Below, piece by piece: positions 39,253-52,039 of a DNA stretch of 64,000 nt (position 1 is its first letter; every line of letters begins with the position of its first letter). The DNA is from Octopus sinensis (Eukaryota): the NCBI RefSeq assembly GCF_006345805.1, contig NC_043001.1, positions 8,680,001 through 8,744,000 of the forward strand, in the 5' to 3' direction. Below the pieces are notes generated by a model. It was given only the letters and a program-made list of their open reading frames with translations. It had not been told where the DNA came from and ran no database searches. The position numbers were made by a program, and so were the translations under genes.

Positions 39253-39442
39253 CTTACCAGCCACGTCTCTGCCAGCATACCGCCTTTTCTGCTTACCAAC
39301 CACGTTTCTGCCAGCACACCGCCTTTTCTGCTTACCAACCACGTTTCTGCCAGCATACCGCCTTTTCTGCTTACCAACCACGTTTCTGCCAGCACACCGC
39401 CTTTTCTGCTTACCAACCACGTTTCTGCCAGCATACCGCCTT
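39253..39442 (+). repeat. 39-bp minisatellite, 4.9 copies, built from two SINE heads
   Basis: Unit cttaccaaccacgtttctgccagcaYaccgccttttctg; Y alternates T,C,T,C,T. Confidence 0.95.
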
Positions 39443-39589
39443 AATTTTGACATATAATAGAAACAATATAGTGTTAAATTGAAACTAACAGTCTTCGTAC
39501 TTTTTTATGGCTAACTTGTGTCCCCAAAAAACAATCGTTTATTTTCAAAACACTGAGAAGTATAAAAGACGCCCTTAAGCCATGAATGA

Positions 39590-39882
39590 CTATAAGAGTG
39601 CACTTACAACCTTTCTTTCCAAAGCACAAGTCCGAGCAAGGTCGTTTATGGAAGGTCTTCAGTCGCCCATGAATACCAGCCTTCCCTCTTTACACCACCA
39701 ATGTTCTCCAAGGGCAAGGCTAAGGCCGATACAGCTGGGCACCGAAACTGATTCCTTCAGCTGAGTGAACTGGAGCTAAGTGTACTGCTTTAGAATGCAG
39801 TACACAGCCCTGTCCGGCAATCGAGCTTGCTACCTCATGATTGTGAGCCCGACGCCCCAACCACCGGGCCATGCTCCTTCTC
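39590..39882 (-). mobile_element. SINE family D (tRNA-derived)
   Basis: Minus head gaaggagcatggcccggtggttggggcgtcgggctcacaatcatgagg; body shared with fragments at about 18800-18930 and 19685-19830. Confidence 0.75.
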
Positions 39883-39924
39883 AGTTATACCTCACAAAAA
39901 CATAGTGACATAGACAGGTATATT

Positions 39925-40325
39925 ACGCGCAGGCGTGGCTGTATGGTAAGGTGCTTGCTTCCCAACCACATGATTACGGGTTAAGTCCCACTGCGTATGA
40001 CTTTGTTCAGGGGCCTTCAACTATAGCCACGGGCCGTCCAAAAGCTTCTGAGTAAATTTGGTTGGTGAAAACTGAAAGAAGCCCGTCGTATATATGTTTA
40101 AATATATATATGTGTGTGTGTGTGCGTGTGTGTTTGTGTGTCTATTTTTTGTCCCTCACGATCGCTTGACAAACAATGTTGGTGTGCTGACCTATCTGTA
40201 ACTTAGCAGTTGGGCAAAATGTTACCGATATAATAAGTACTAGGCCTACAAAGAATAAACCCGGTTGTCGACTAAAGGCAGTGCCCCAGCATGACCGCAG
40301 TCAAATGACTGAATCATGTAAAAGA
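39925..40325 (+). mobile_element. SINE family C, older copy
   Basis: gcgcaggcgtggctgtatggtaag..gactaaaggcagtgccccagcatg. Confidence 0.85.
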
Positions 40326-40385
40326 ATATATATATATATATAGAGAGAGAGATGAATAGATAGATATCTCTATGCGTGTGAATAG

Positions 40386-40427
<42 letters not shown>

Positions 40428-40747
40428 CTGTCTGTGTGTATTCTATAACTGATGCTGAACTTATTATTTCTGTACTTGAAATCAATCCACAGGGCCACTT
40501 TTAAGTTAGTAAAACGTTTGGTGAACATTGTTACTGCATTTATTAAGAGCATTAGAATAAATGCCACATGAATTCTGATATTGTTTTAATTGCATCTCTT
40601 TCTGCTCGGAAAAATAAGTAGGAAAATACTGCAACTGACGAAGCAGTTTTCAAATGTTGGTACAGGACTAGACAACCCTGGGGGATGCAATGCAAAACTA
40701 TACTTTAGTAGAATTTGAACTTAGAACAGAAATACGAATTAAATACC

Positions 40748-40980
40748 TATTTCTTTACTGCCCACAAGGGGATAAACACACAGGGAATAAACAACAACAG
40801 ACAAACGGATTAAGTCGATTACATCGACCCCAGTGCGTAATTGGTACTTAATTTATCGACCCCGAAAGGATGAAAGGCAAAGTCGACCTCGGCGGAATTT
40901 GAACTCAGAACGTACGGCAGACGAAACGCCACTAAGCATTTCGCCTGGCCTGCTAACGTTTCGCCCAGCTCGACGCCTTT
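40748..40980 (-). mobile_element. SINE family B
   Basis: Full head-to-tail match; tail aaagaaata abuts ggtatttaattcg of an older SINE remnant. Confidence 0.85.
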
Positions 40981-41365
40981 GCAACCGATAATATTGATTG
41001 CAACTCTACATCAGATATACAGTCAAATTAATAGACAAGGAAAACCTGTTTGCATTCACGAGTTTACATTCGTATAAGAATATCTCACCAGCTTAGAAAG
41101 TGAATACAAAATCAAGTGAAGTATTTCATTCATTAGAAATTCTATGTGATTGTTTTTTCCAAGAAATTAAACTTTCTTTTGAGCTTTGATTTGCACAATC
41201 TTCTGATGGTCTCATCGGATTTCAATGAGTTTGTTAATTAAAGCATTACCATATGAAGTATTACACTATCGGTTTTTTTTTTATAACCAACTTAATTTTC
41301 CCGTACATACTTAGTGTCTCTTCTGTCTACACTGTAGGCAAAAGAAAAAGGCAGTTTCTGCTGTA

Positions 41366-41753
41366 GGGTGGAGACACTCCGTCGGTTACGACGACGAGGG
41401 TTCCGGTTGATCCGAATCAACGGAACAGCCTGCTCGTGAAATTAACGTGTAAGTGGCTGAGCACTCCACAGACACGTGTACCCTTAACGTAGTTCTCGGG
41501 GATATTCAGCGTGACACAGAGAGTGACAAGGCCGGCTCTTTGAAATACAGGTACAACAGAAACAGGAAGTAAGAGTGAGAGAAAGTTGTGGTGAAAGAGT
41601 ACAGCAGAGATCACCACCATCCCTTGCCGGAGCCTCGTGGAGCTTTAGGTGTTTTCGCTCAATAAACACTCACAACGCTCGGTCTGGGAATCGAAACCGC
41701 GATCCTATGACCGCGAGCCCGCTGCCCTAACCACTGGGCCATTGCGCCTCCAC
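41366..41753 (-). mobile_element. SINE family A, full length, 10-bp TSD
   Basis: A box tggcccagtgg, B box ggtttcgattccc; TSD ttctgctgta at 41356-41365 and 41754-41763. Confidence 0.92.
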
Positions 41754-43151
41754 TTCTGCTGTATATATGCTCAAAGAAACTTTGTTAACGATTAGCGTTT
41801 CATAATTTTTCGTTTCAGTTATTTAATCTCATCTGAACAAACTTCATTGGAAATAACAACATAAAAGGGTAAAGACTGCAGCATTCTATTGACAGAAAAA
41901 CGGATGGATAAGAGATCATCTTCCTAACTGCCCATTCAATTCTGTTCTTTTTCAACTGTTGATAGAATATATTTAAACAAAGTCGCTTTATGCGAGCAGT
42001 GTTCCATTCTGGGATGGACTTTCGTTTGCAAAAATATAATAGGTTTTCATGTCATGAATTTCTCAACCATAGAAATTGTCGAAACGTTTAGTCCAAAGAA
42101 TTAGACACCTTCAATGCATACACATACATCGAAATAATACGGAGATCAATATTTCTCAATGATCGGTATAAGCATTAAAATATAAGAAGCCTTTTGTATA
42201 TCTATTGCACAATCCCAGTAAATGATAACAAAAAGATTTCGATGAATGTAGAATTCTTATAAATGTGATATAAGCATTAAATATGCCAATAACGCTCATT
42301 ACTTTCCATGTAAGTCATTAACTGAGTGAAGTTTGAATGTCTCTCGGTAGACAGCTGGATCACGTTTGTATTAAGATATTAACGTCATATGACAAATCAT
42401 TGACAGGAACGTTCAGGTTTCTTCCCAAAAGGAATATTTTGATGACGGAAAAGACCACCCATAGAGACCCTATAAGTGTTCAGTTTATGAAACAATCTTC
42501 TGCTTTTATTTCTCAGTTGCTACAGCAACGTGTAACAGAAATAACGGGGAAAGTAAAACTTATAAACCGCGGAAGATATATCTCCGGAATGAAGAATGGG
42601 ATTATGACAGTAACAGGTCAGGATGCTCAAACATTATAGAGATTATCTCTGAGGTGACAGGCTTAGACTTGAACCTTGTTTAACATGTGCGTTAGTTAAT
42701 AGCGTGCTTGTTAATGTTATATACAAACAGTGGCTTAGGTAACCGAAATGAAATTGAGCATTATCATGAGGCAAAGTGGAATTGGGACCAACGTTCCTTC
42801 AAACTGTTCCAAATGCATATTTTTTTCTGAACCAGAGTTTTGTGTGTAGCGATTTTGATCAAGATAGGTTCTGAAGAATTACGTGAATTTTGGAATTTTC
42901 TAGTCTTTATTTCGCTTATTTTGTGTCTCTTTGTTATCCTAGTATGTCAGCTTCAGCAAAAACTTAAGGTCGCTGAGATATTCCACCATACAGTTGGCAT
43001 GCCCTAATTTCCTGTCCTCGAGTCATGTTGAAGGTTTTTCCCCATACATCAGGTACCTAATTTAATATTTGCGTATATTAGTGGTGTCAAAGAGCAATTC
43101 CGAGGTACCGTAGAATTATGTCCAAGTTGCCATCTATTTGATAAAAAATCC

Positions 43152-43269
43152 TCATCTTGTTTGTTGTTCACACGTTTCCGCTGATATACCCTCAAACCTT
43201 CATCAGGTGTCTTGGGGAAGGTTGGAAGGTATATCAGCCGAAACGTTATGCTAACAACAAACAAGATGA
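43152..43269. repeat. Foldback (about 50-bp arms, 15-nt loop) of the hammerhead-bearing repeat seen at 11150-11340
   Basis: tcatcttgtttgttgtt..gctgatatacc..aaccttc / gaaggtt..ggtatatcagcc..aacaacaaacaagatga; minus strand contains acac CTGATGA..cagcg GAAA. Confidence 0.8.
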
Positions 43270-43625
43270 AGGCAAATATCCGTGAAATGTAAATAATGTA
43301 AATAACATATTATATATAATGATAGTATCAAATAACTTCTCTCATTTATTTATTCTTACTGATATAAGCATTATTTTAAGTAACTAACAAGTAAAAAAAA
43401 TACCAGTATAGTTGGTTTATGAGGGGGAAAATCTCCGTAAATAAGTAAACAAGAACGTAGAGCTACGATAACTATAAACTATATTGTCTTTTAGATAAAG
43501 AGAAAATAAACAATGAATAAATAGATAACGTAATTTTACTAAGTTTATCAGAAGGAACAAAATTAGAATAAGGCAATAGTTAGAATAAGGCGCAGGAGTG
43601 GCTGTGTGGTAAGTAGCTTGCTAAC

Positions 43626-45813
43626 GGTTGCTTCTGCGCATGTGCGAGTCAGTGTTGTGTTTGGCACTGAAGCGGTGAAAATGTGCTATTGAAGCCGTCT
43701 TGAATTGAAAACTTTGGAAGCCCCATGTAAGGTAAGATTCTGTTTTCTGTGTCCAGTGGGAGTTTTTGTTGAGAATTGTTTTTTACAGGCAGGAAGTCCT
43801 ACTGGATTCAGAATTCTGATTCTGCCGACATGTGGCAAATATATTGTTCTTGCTGAGAAAATTTTTGGGGGCGTATCCGTCTTCGATAAAATGAGTAAAT
43901 ATTTTTCTCACGTAATTGTGAGAATTGTATTGTGCTGTGAAGAACTTTTATGAATTGTGAAAACTACTACTTCGCAAGAAAATTATAAAAATAAGCCACT
44001 ATTGGATTACCTTTCGGACCCATTTTTGTGGAGGTTGTGTTGCAGTTGCGGCGTTCCAGGTTCAACCCAGGCCGAGAGTACCGCAAGGCCAGAATATTTT
44101 TGCTGTGTTTTTTCTGTTTATTAACTTTCTTTTGAACTTCATTTAACCCCCCCCCCTTTTGTTTTTTTTCTTTATTGCGACTTTCCGTTGATTTCTTCCC
44201 TTCTGTTGTGCTTTCTCATTTTTGTTTTTTCAAAAATCTATCAAATTTTATTTGGACTTTTGAACTTTTTTCTTCCTGCTATTTGAGTTTAATTTGAATA
44301 TATTTTTAAAAAAACATGGCAATGAAAAATAACAAAATTTTGGAGTGGGAAATCATACCACCTAAAAAGTGGTTAAAAGACCGTGAAGATAGGACGGTGG
44401 TGTTGAGAACCTACTCCAAGGCACTCGACACCATCGCCCTATTCGAAAAGACGGCAATTGAGGAGGAGTTGGAAGAGTATTTGCCAACAATTAAATTCAT
44501 TTCCAGGGGTGTCAAATATGCAACGGTGTGGTTGCTATTTGACACCCCTGAAGAGGCTTGCAAATTTGCTAGCAAACCCCTGGAGGGTAAGGAAATCTTA
44601 TTCCTGCCCACGTACAAAAGAAAGAAATTGATGAAAGCTTGGATATGCGGATTGCCACCCGACATAGAACCCGAGTGGATAGAGGAGACCATCCACCGGG
44701 GTCTGGGTGACAGCGAAACTAAGCTCCTCAATGTAAAAGTTCTTCCTGCGGCTGCTTGGGTTGGGTCAAAAGCAATTTTGACCCTGTGGACCCAATCAGC
44801 CAATCTGGTTCTTCCAGATTTTTTTTAAATGGCTGGGTGCAGGTACCCGGTGATGCTTGAGGGTCGCCCCCCTAAGTGTCATCGGTGCTTGGAGTCCGGC
44901 CACATAAAGAAGAACTGTCCTCGGGAACAAAATAGGATCCCGGAACAGTTAAGTAAAACCCCTCTAGAAGAGGGAACGATAACGGCCGAGAAAGCAGAAG
45001 ACTCCTCAAACAGAGGCCGAAAGAGGAAGGTGAGCAACAATGGGTGCTCACCAAAGGATAATAGGGATGAGGAGAGGAAGGCGAATCTTCCAGCCACGGA
45101 GAAGACGCACCCTCCCTCAGTTGAAAAGGGAAAAAAAAAAAGAAAAAGAGGAAGAAAAACGGGACAGTACCGACTGTCAGTGTAGCACCGGAATGTCTCG
45201 GAACTGCGTCGGTTGGGGTTGTGCCACCGACAAGAGAAGGAATACCGTTGGCGGGAACTGTGCCGCCAACGAAAGAACTGAACGTATTGGTCCTCTTCTA
45301 TAGAGGAGGAGAAATTGAAAAAGTGATGGAAGAGCACTACAAGGGAGCACCTTTAGCCTTCACACAGGACCCCGAACGGCCTCCGCAGGTAGCTGTGGAG
45401 GCCGTGGCGTTCGACGTGACGCTTGGGCTAAAGGAGCTCAATGAAGATTATAACTTGGTCCCGGGCGACGCGAACTCGGAACTTGATTACGTTCTGAGGG
45501 AGGCGTGGTTGATGGTGGAGGGCGCGGGCACAAGCTATTTCGAGGACGATATGTATTATTAGTAATGGACTTAAGTCCAAAAATTGAAAAATTGTAAGAG
45601 GATTAATACCTCGATTTGTATTAATAATGGACTGCTAAGTCCAAAAATTGGGAAAATTGTAAGAGGTTCAATACCTCGTTTTGTGTTTATCTTTAAAAAT
45701 AACAACATCCTTATCATCTTTCTTTCATTATCATTCACCTCATTAATGTCCTCGTCCAGCCCGCAAAGCTAACTTAATCTGTGTACTGCCTTTATGGCAA
45801 ATGTTTTGAAATA
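43626..45813 (+). mobile_element. ORF1-only non-LTR retroelement (HAL1-like, L1/Tx1-type ORF1), 2188 bp, 15-bp TSD
   Basis: TSD aagtagcttgctaac at 43611-43625 and 45814-45828; 690-bp leader; gag-like ORF; 3' UTR with 62-bp tandem repeat (45563, 45625) and terminal AATAAA; no RT or endonuclease sequence. Confidence 0.8.
44316..45562 (+). pseudogene. L1/Tx1-type ORF1 (RRM-like region + CCHC zinc knuckle + basic tract + acidic C-terminus), one in-frame stop and one frameshift
   Basis: 44316-44828 and 44829-45185 are in the same frame, separated by a single TAA; EGRPPKCHRCLESGHIKKNC fits CX2CX4HX4C; a -1 shift in the A run at 45131-45141 joins the frame ending at 45562. Confidence 0.8.
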
Positions 45814-45953
45814 AAGTAGCTTGCTAACCAACCACATGGTTCCGGGTTAAGTCCCACTGCGTGGCATATTGGGCAAGTGTATTCTGCTATAGCCCCGGGC
45901 CGACCAATGCCTTGTGAGTGGATTTGGTAGACGGAAACTGAAAGAAGCATGTC

Positions 45954-46003
<50 letters not shown>

Positions 46004-46544
46004 GTGTGTGTGTGTTTGTGTGTCTGTATTTGTCCCCCTAGCATTGCTTGACAGCCGCTGCTGGTGTGTTTACGTCCCCGTCACTTAGCGGTTCGGCCAA
46101 AGAGACCGATAAAATAAGTACCGGGGTCGATTTGATCGACTAAAGGCGGTGCTCCAGCTTGGCCGCAGTCAAATGACTGAAACAAGTAAAAGTGTAAAAG
46201 AGTAAAGAGAGTTATATTATGGTATAAAATATTATATGTATACAAACTCTAATGAACTTCACATGATGAAATATAAGAAACTAAATTAATATGTATATGA
46301 GTAATTATTTAAAAAGCTATAAATATGTATATAATAATTTTTCTAATACATTTATTGGTATATATATAAATATTATTCCTCGTACAAAGTTTACAATTAG
46401 TTTATCAGAAGGAAAAAAAATCTCTGTAAATCAAAATTTATATTTATATATTAATTACCTACAGAAAAATAGCAGGAAATTTGTGCTTGCAATAGAAAAT
46501 TTTCAGATCACGATATGGCATTGTATAAAATTATTCATTTATCA

Positions 46545-46553
46545 TCATCATCA

Positions 46554-46610
<57 letters not shown>

Positions 46611-46675
46611 GTCATCATTATTATTATTATCATTATTATTATTATTATTATTATTATTAGTAGTAGTAGTAGTAA

Positions 46676-46710
<35 letters not shown>

Positions 46711-46770
46711 TTATTATTATTATTATATTATTATTATTATTATTATTATTGTTATTATTATTATTATTAA
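46545..46770. repeat. Compound trinucleotide microsatellite (ATC/ATT/TAG/CTA)
   Basis: Direct reading. Other long arrays: (AGT)n 21560-21645, (TA)n 25140-25500 and 31315-31585, (ATT)n 37770-37995, (TATG)n 47640-47910, (GAT)n 50165-50350, (AAT)n 60840-61000, 61650-62080 and 63895-64000. Confidence 0.95.
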
Positions 46771-47420
46771 ACAATTAATAAATAAATTTATTTATTTATT
46801 TTTGAATGTGTCATCATTTTATATATTCAAGATTGTGTACTTAAGATTTGTAATTTAAATTTCACTACAAATAATGTAATATATTTTACATTTAAGAGAA
46901 TTATTTACATTGGTAGTTAATACGAAATATAAATTCATTCACTGAAACTGGATTAAATATACGGAGGAGAAGCGAGACGCGTTAAAACCAACCAAAAGAT
47001 TAGTTAAAGAAGCATCCATGGATGTGATACAGTGGCCTCACTAAACAAGTGTTTACAGGACCAATACAGAATTGCACGGATGGTCAGTAACGGACGACAC
47101 AGCAGATACAAAGAAAGCTATAGTCAACTTCTTCGAACATGATACGCGATCCTAAGAGACTTTTAGCAAGCATATCCGAGCTTGACGTATGTGTGCGTAG
47201 GTATTTATTTATTTATTTATTTTTGTCTATATTTCTGTGGTGGAATAGGGATGTATAGATGGCAGCTTTGTTATTCAAATACGTTAAAAGTAAATCAATA
47301 TATATTTCTATTTCCAATATATACAAGTTTCTGTCCAATGTTGGACCTAAATCATACTATATTGCTTTTCTAAGTTTATATATAATTCAGCAACACACAC
47401 ACACACACACACACACATAC

Positions 47421-47451
<31 letters not shown>

Positions 47452-47810
47452 TAATATATATATATATATGCATACATACATATGTGTCAGTGTGCCTATA
47501 CATACATAGACACAGTCAATACAAATACACACACACACAAACACACGCATACACACACGCACATATATAGGTAGATAAATATACAAGCATAAATATTGCA
47601 TATATCTTCATTCGCACACACACATATATATATATGCGTACACTTATATGTATGTATGTATGTATATATGTATGTGTGTATATATGTATGTATGTATGTA
47701 TGTATTTATGTATGTATGTATGTATGTATGTATTTATGTATGTATGTATGTATGTATGTATGTATGTATATATGTATGTGTGTATATATGTATGTATATA
47801 TGTATGCATG

Positions 47811-47844
<34 letters not shown>

Positions 47845-48892
47845 TGTATGTATGTATGTATATATGTAATGTATGCATGTATGTATGTATGTATGCATGT
47901 ATATATGTATGTGTAGTAGCAATAATTAGCTCGTTGTGGAACAAGCTTTTAAGTAGATGTACCTTTTAATTAAATTGTCACATTTTTTTTTGGAAATAGA
48001 ATATAGACTTCGCTTTAATATAGTTACGTGTGAACATTTACGACATCCCATTAACAAAATTAAAAATATAAATAACGTTTACTCAGCATTTTAAAATAAC
48101 ATTCCTGTATCCAGTTATTACTGAGGTTACTTATACATTCAACACATTTCAAATACCTCACCTGGGAGCTTATGTTTGTTCGCTATTTCTGCCAGAATTA
48201 AGTTTCAAATCAACTTGAAACCTTAAGATAACTCATTTAAAATGGAGGGATAGATCTCATTATATAATTAAAGACAACGTATTGGTAAAAACAAGGGTTT
48301 TAGCACATCTTCAACGCCTTTATTCATTTGTCCGATCAGGGTCACCTTCCACCTAATTACTGAAACATGGACACTATCCCGAGTTACTGTCCCGCCAATC
48401 CTTATCCAATACAGTCGGCAATAACCTGATTATAATCATAGTCATCCATTCTCACTTCGTTACTCATTAATGACATCCAGCACAACCGCTTAATATTGTC
48501 TATCTCTGTCAAAACAATTGTTCTCTCCTTCCTACCGCAGACTCACATTATTTCTGCCCTCATAAACTTAGGAGTGGTTGTTTGACTACTTTCTAACGAT
48601 ATGGTGTTGCGATAAGTCCAACTGCGCAACACTTTGGTAAACTGTCTTCCACCAGAGCCCGAGACCAACCAAAGCACTGTGAGTGGAGGGAAACTGAAAG
48701 AAGCTCGTCATCTTTGTATGTTTTATATAGCTTAAAATACCAACTAGTTTTTTTTTCCTGTATTTAGTAACACCATATATATATATATATATCTACGTGT
48801 GCGTCTATGCTTACCAGTGTGTGTGTGTGTGTGTATGTCTGTGTGTGTGTGTGTGCGTGCGTGTGTGTGTGTGTGTTTGTGTGTGTGTGTGA

Positions 48893-49118
48893 ATGGCGGT
48901 GAACGAGCAGAAACGTTAGCACGCCGGGCGAAATGCTTAGCAGTATTTCGTCTGCCGCCACGTTCTGAGTTCAAATTCCCCCGAGGCCGACTTTGCCTCT
49001 CATCCTTTCGGAGTCGAAAAATTAAGTACCACTTTCGCACCGGGGTCGATGTAATCGACTTAATCCCTTTGTCTGTCCTTGTTTTTCCCCTCTATGTTTA
49101 GCCCCTTGTAGGTAGTAA
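48893..49118 (+). mobile_element. SINE family B
   Basis: Head-to-tail match ending gtagtaaagaaata. Confidence 0.85.
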
Positions 49119-49334
49119 AGAAATATAAGTGTGTGTCCCTCTCTATGTGCTGTATCTGCCTCCGCTCCTGCTGGACAGCCGGTGTTATTATGTTTACGTT
49201 CCTGTAACTGAAAATTTCGACAAAAAGAGGCCGATAGAATAAGAGCCTTAAAATTAAGTACTAGGCTCGTTTATGATGCCCTCAGCACGGGAAAAATCCA
49301 AAGACTGTATCTACTGAAGAAAATTAACGATAGA

Positions 49335-49409
49335 GGGTTTGCTATAGCCCCGGGCCGACCAATGCCTTGTGAGTGGATTTGGTAGACGGAAACTGAAAGA
49401 AACCTGTCG

Positions 49410-49441
<32 letters not shown>

Positions 49442-49655
49442 TGTGTGTGTTTTTGTGTTTGTGTTTGTCCCCTTAGCATTGCTTGACAACCGATGCTGGT
49501 GTGTTTACGTCCTCGTCACTTAGCGGTTCGGCAAAAGAGACCGATAGAATAAGTACTGGGCTTACAAAGAATAAGTCCCGGGGTCGATTTGCTCGACTAA
49601 AGGTGGTGCTCCAGCATGGCCACAGTCAAATGACTGAAACAAGTAAAAGAGTAAT
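49335..49655 (+). mobile_element. SINE family C, 5'-truncated
   Basis: gctatagccccgggccgacc..gactgaaacaagtaaaagag. Confidence 0.85.
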
Positions 49656-49706
49656 TGTTTCCTTCTCCCATTTATCTTTGTTTGTACTTTGTCCTCTCTG
49701 TCTCTC

Positions 49707-49752
<46 letters not shown>

Positions 49753-52039
49753 ATCATCTCTTACTCAGTCACTCGACATCATTGCTTTAATTCCACTATC
49801 TCAGGATATAGTAGCAAGAACGTTTTCTATGGGGAGGGACGAAACCTTATGACAGCTAGTACCGCAATAAAACGTATCAAGTACACTCCTTACTCGTTTA
49901 ATAAAAAGAGAAAACAAAAATACCCGGGAGAAAGGACTTGACAAACTCGGAAGGATTGGTCTCAATACAAATGGTAACCTGATTGGTTCTAGGAAATCGA
50001 GCGAAAAAGAAATCCTCTGATTTCTCTACGAAGACAACACCGCTGGAGTAGGAATTAATCGAACCATAATAACTTCTTCAACTGATTATTGGTGGTGGTG
50101 GCTTTGGTGGTAGTGGTGGTGTTCGTGATGGTGTTCGTGGTATAGTTGGGGTAGTGGGGGTTAATTTTGGTAATGATAATGATGATGATGATGATGAGTG
50201 TAACAAAAATGATGCTTATGGGAGACAATGCTGTCGATGATGATGATGATGAAAAGGCGAAGCAATATGATGATGATGGCGGCGATAATAATCGTGATGA
50301 TGATAATGATGATGATGATGAGGAGGAGGAGGACGATGACGATAATAAATAATGCTAGACACAAGATATTAAGCAATGCATTGGCTAGAACTATTTTATT
50401 CAGGTGCGGGATTACCCTAACAACGAAACCAATTATGTGTTTTGAATAAAATGATGATATCTTAAAATGGAGAAGGTGAAAAACCATACATTTAATAGGT
50501 TAAATCCTAAGAGAGTCAGATTCCATTATAATTTTACATCGTATTATTCTTCTTTCTGATAAAGAGTTAAGTACGTGGAGATTCTTAACTAGCTTACCGA
50601 AATTGAATTATTAGGAATGTCTTATACGTTACTATTCATTTAGAAACCACCTTTTCAAAGAGAGCTTCGGTGAGATAATTGTTACAAATGTTAGAATTCA
50701 TTTAAATATATAGAAATTACTCGAAGATTAATGGTCTCTTTTTCTAATGTAATTCTTTTATATATTTAACACTTGTATATAATATTCATACTACTTGCTA
50801 AGTTGTATATAGCCTGCATGGAAAGCTGAAAATGGTTGGATATTGGAATTGTAAATTTGTTTCATAAGTACTTTCATAACCCTGCATCAGTCTTAAATCA
50901 TGCTGCCCTATGACCAAAATCACTGGATTTGATATTCGTATTGGAATCTCTCAAGACCTATTCTTAATGTATAGATACGTTATTATTTCGGCTCTCGCTT
51001 TCCTCTTTGGCAGATATCGAAACGCATCCGCGTTGTCGCTATATGCTGAATTCCATATATACGTGCGCATACTTTTAAGAACTTCATCGGTTCTGTGGGT
51101 AGCTTTGGATGAAGAGACGAACTAAGGGAGCGAAACGCCAGAGTATTTTCAGAGTCGCGTTGTGCCGTTTGATCGCTTTTGTAAGGAACATACCTCATCT
51201 AGAGGAAGGGAAGTTTTCTCTGGGAGCGAAAAACGCAGCGCTCATGTTTTCACGTTCGCATCTGCCACAGCCTATTAAAAATGGTTAGATTATTCTTCAC
51301 AAGATAAATACTCCATTATTTCAGATGTACCTTGTCTTCATTTTCGTATCTTATATCGCATGGAGAAAGAATTAATTATATGACGGTTATTTCTTGGAGG
51401 TCGAGCAAAAACTTACAGAATTCCTAACACTATGAAGGTGAATGGCATTTCCTGATTTATCTTCCATGGATCAATTACTGATTTCCTGACGAAACATAAT
51501 GGTTTCAGGAAATTTTGTTTTGCGTCTCTCTTCAATATTTAAAGATAATTGCTAAGAATAGAAATAATTGGTATAATTCTGCGCAGGATTAAAGGAAAAA
51601 ATCTCTCTGATGTGATGCGCATAACATCGTCTCAAAATATTTGATGTGCTCTAAGACTGTGCAAAATGTATCGAGAACTCAGGAATAATATCAAAATAGA
51701 ACTGGTAGGTACTTAATACCCTTTATTTGAAATAAGATAGATCAATTTGGTAAAACAAAATCTTCATTTACTCGTCTAGAAACTATTACCTACATCGCTT
51801 AACAAAGAGTCTCACGGGAGAAATATTTTGGTGGCGACTTATGCACATGCAGTTATATTGAAGTTACTTTTAGAAGCACAGACTTTTTACATCTTAATTA
51901 CTGAGTGGCCAGAATACAGTCATGACGAAAATTCCTTTTTCATCAGAAATAGTCTAAATATTGTTTTTTTAACACAATATGTATATACTGTCATATATAG
52001 CACTATGTGATGAATCACAAGAGCGAACTCTCTCTCTCT

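Larger units (their letters stand above)
43588..46210 (+). mobile_element. SINE family C host copy (43588-43625 + 45814-46210) split by the ORF1-only element
   Basis: Head aggcgcaggagtggctgtgtggtaagtagcttgctaac resumes as aagtagcttgctaaccaaccacatggttccgggtt after the insertion. Confidence 0.9.

Noticed and set aside
39253-39442. Regular short repeats resembling a CRISPR array
   Set aside because: No unique spacers, no cas genes, eukaryotic context; it is a SINE-derived minisatellite.
42337-42639. 100-aa ORF (also 3785-4113 and 15879-16232)
   Set aside because: No recognisable domain or splice context; the length is attainable by chance.
44411-45337. Minus-strand ORFs 44411-44803 and 44879-45337, and plus-strand ORF 57024-57407
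   Set aside because: Antisense shadows of the ORF1 and Penelope coding frames.
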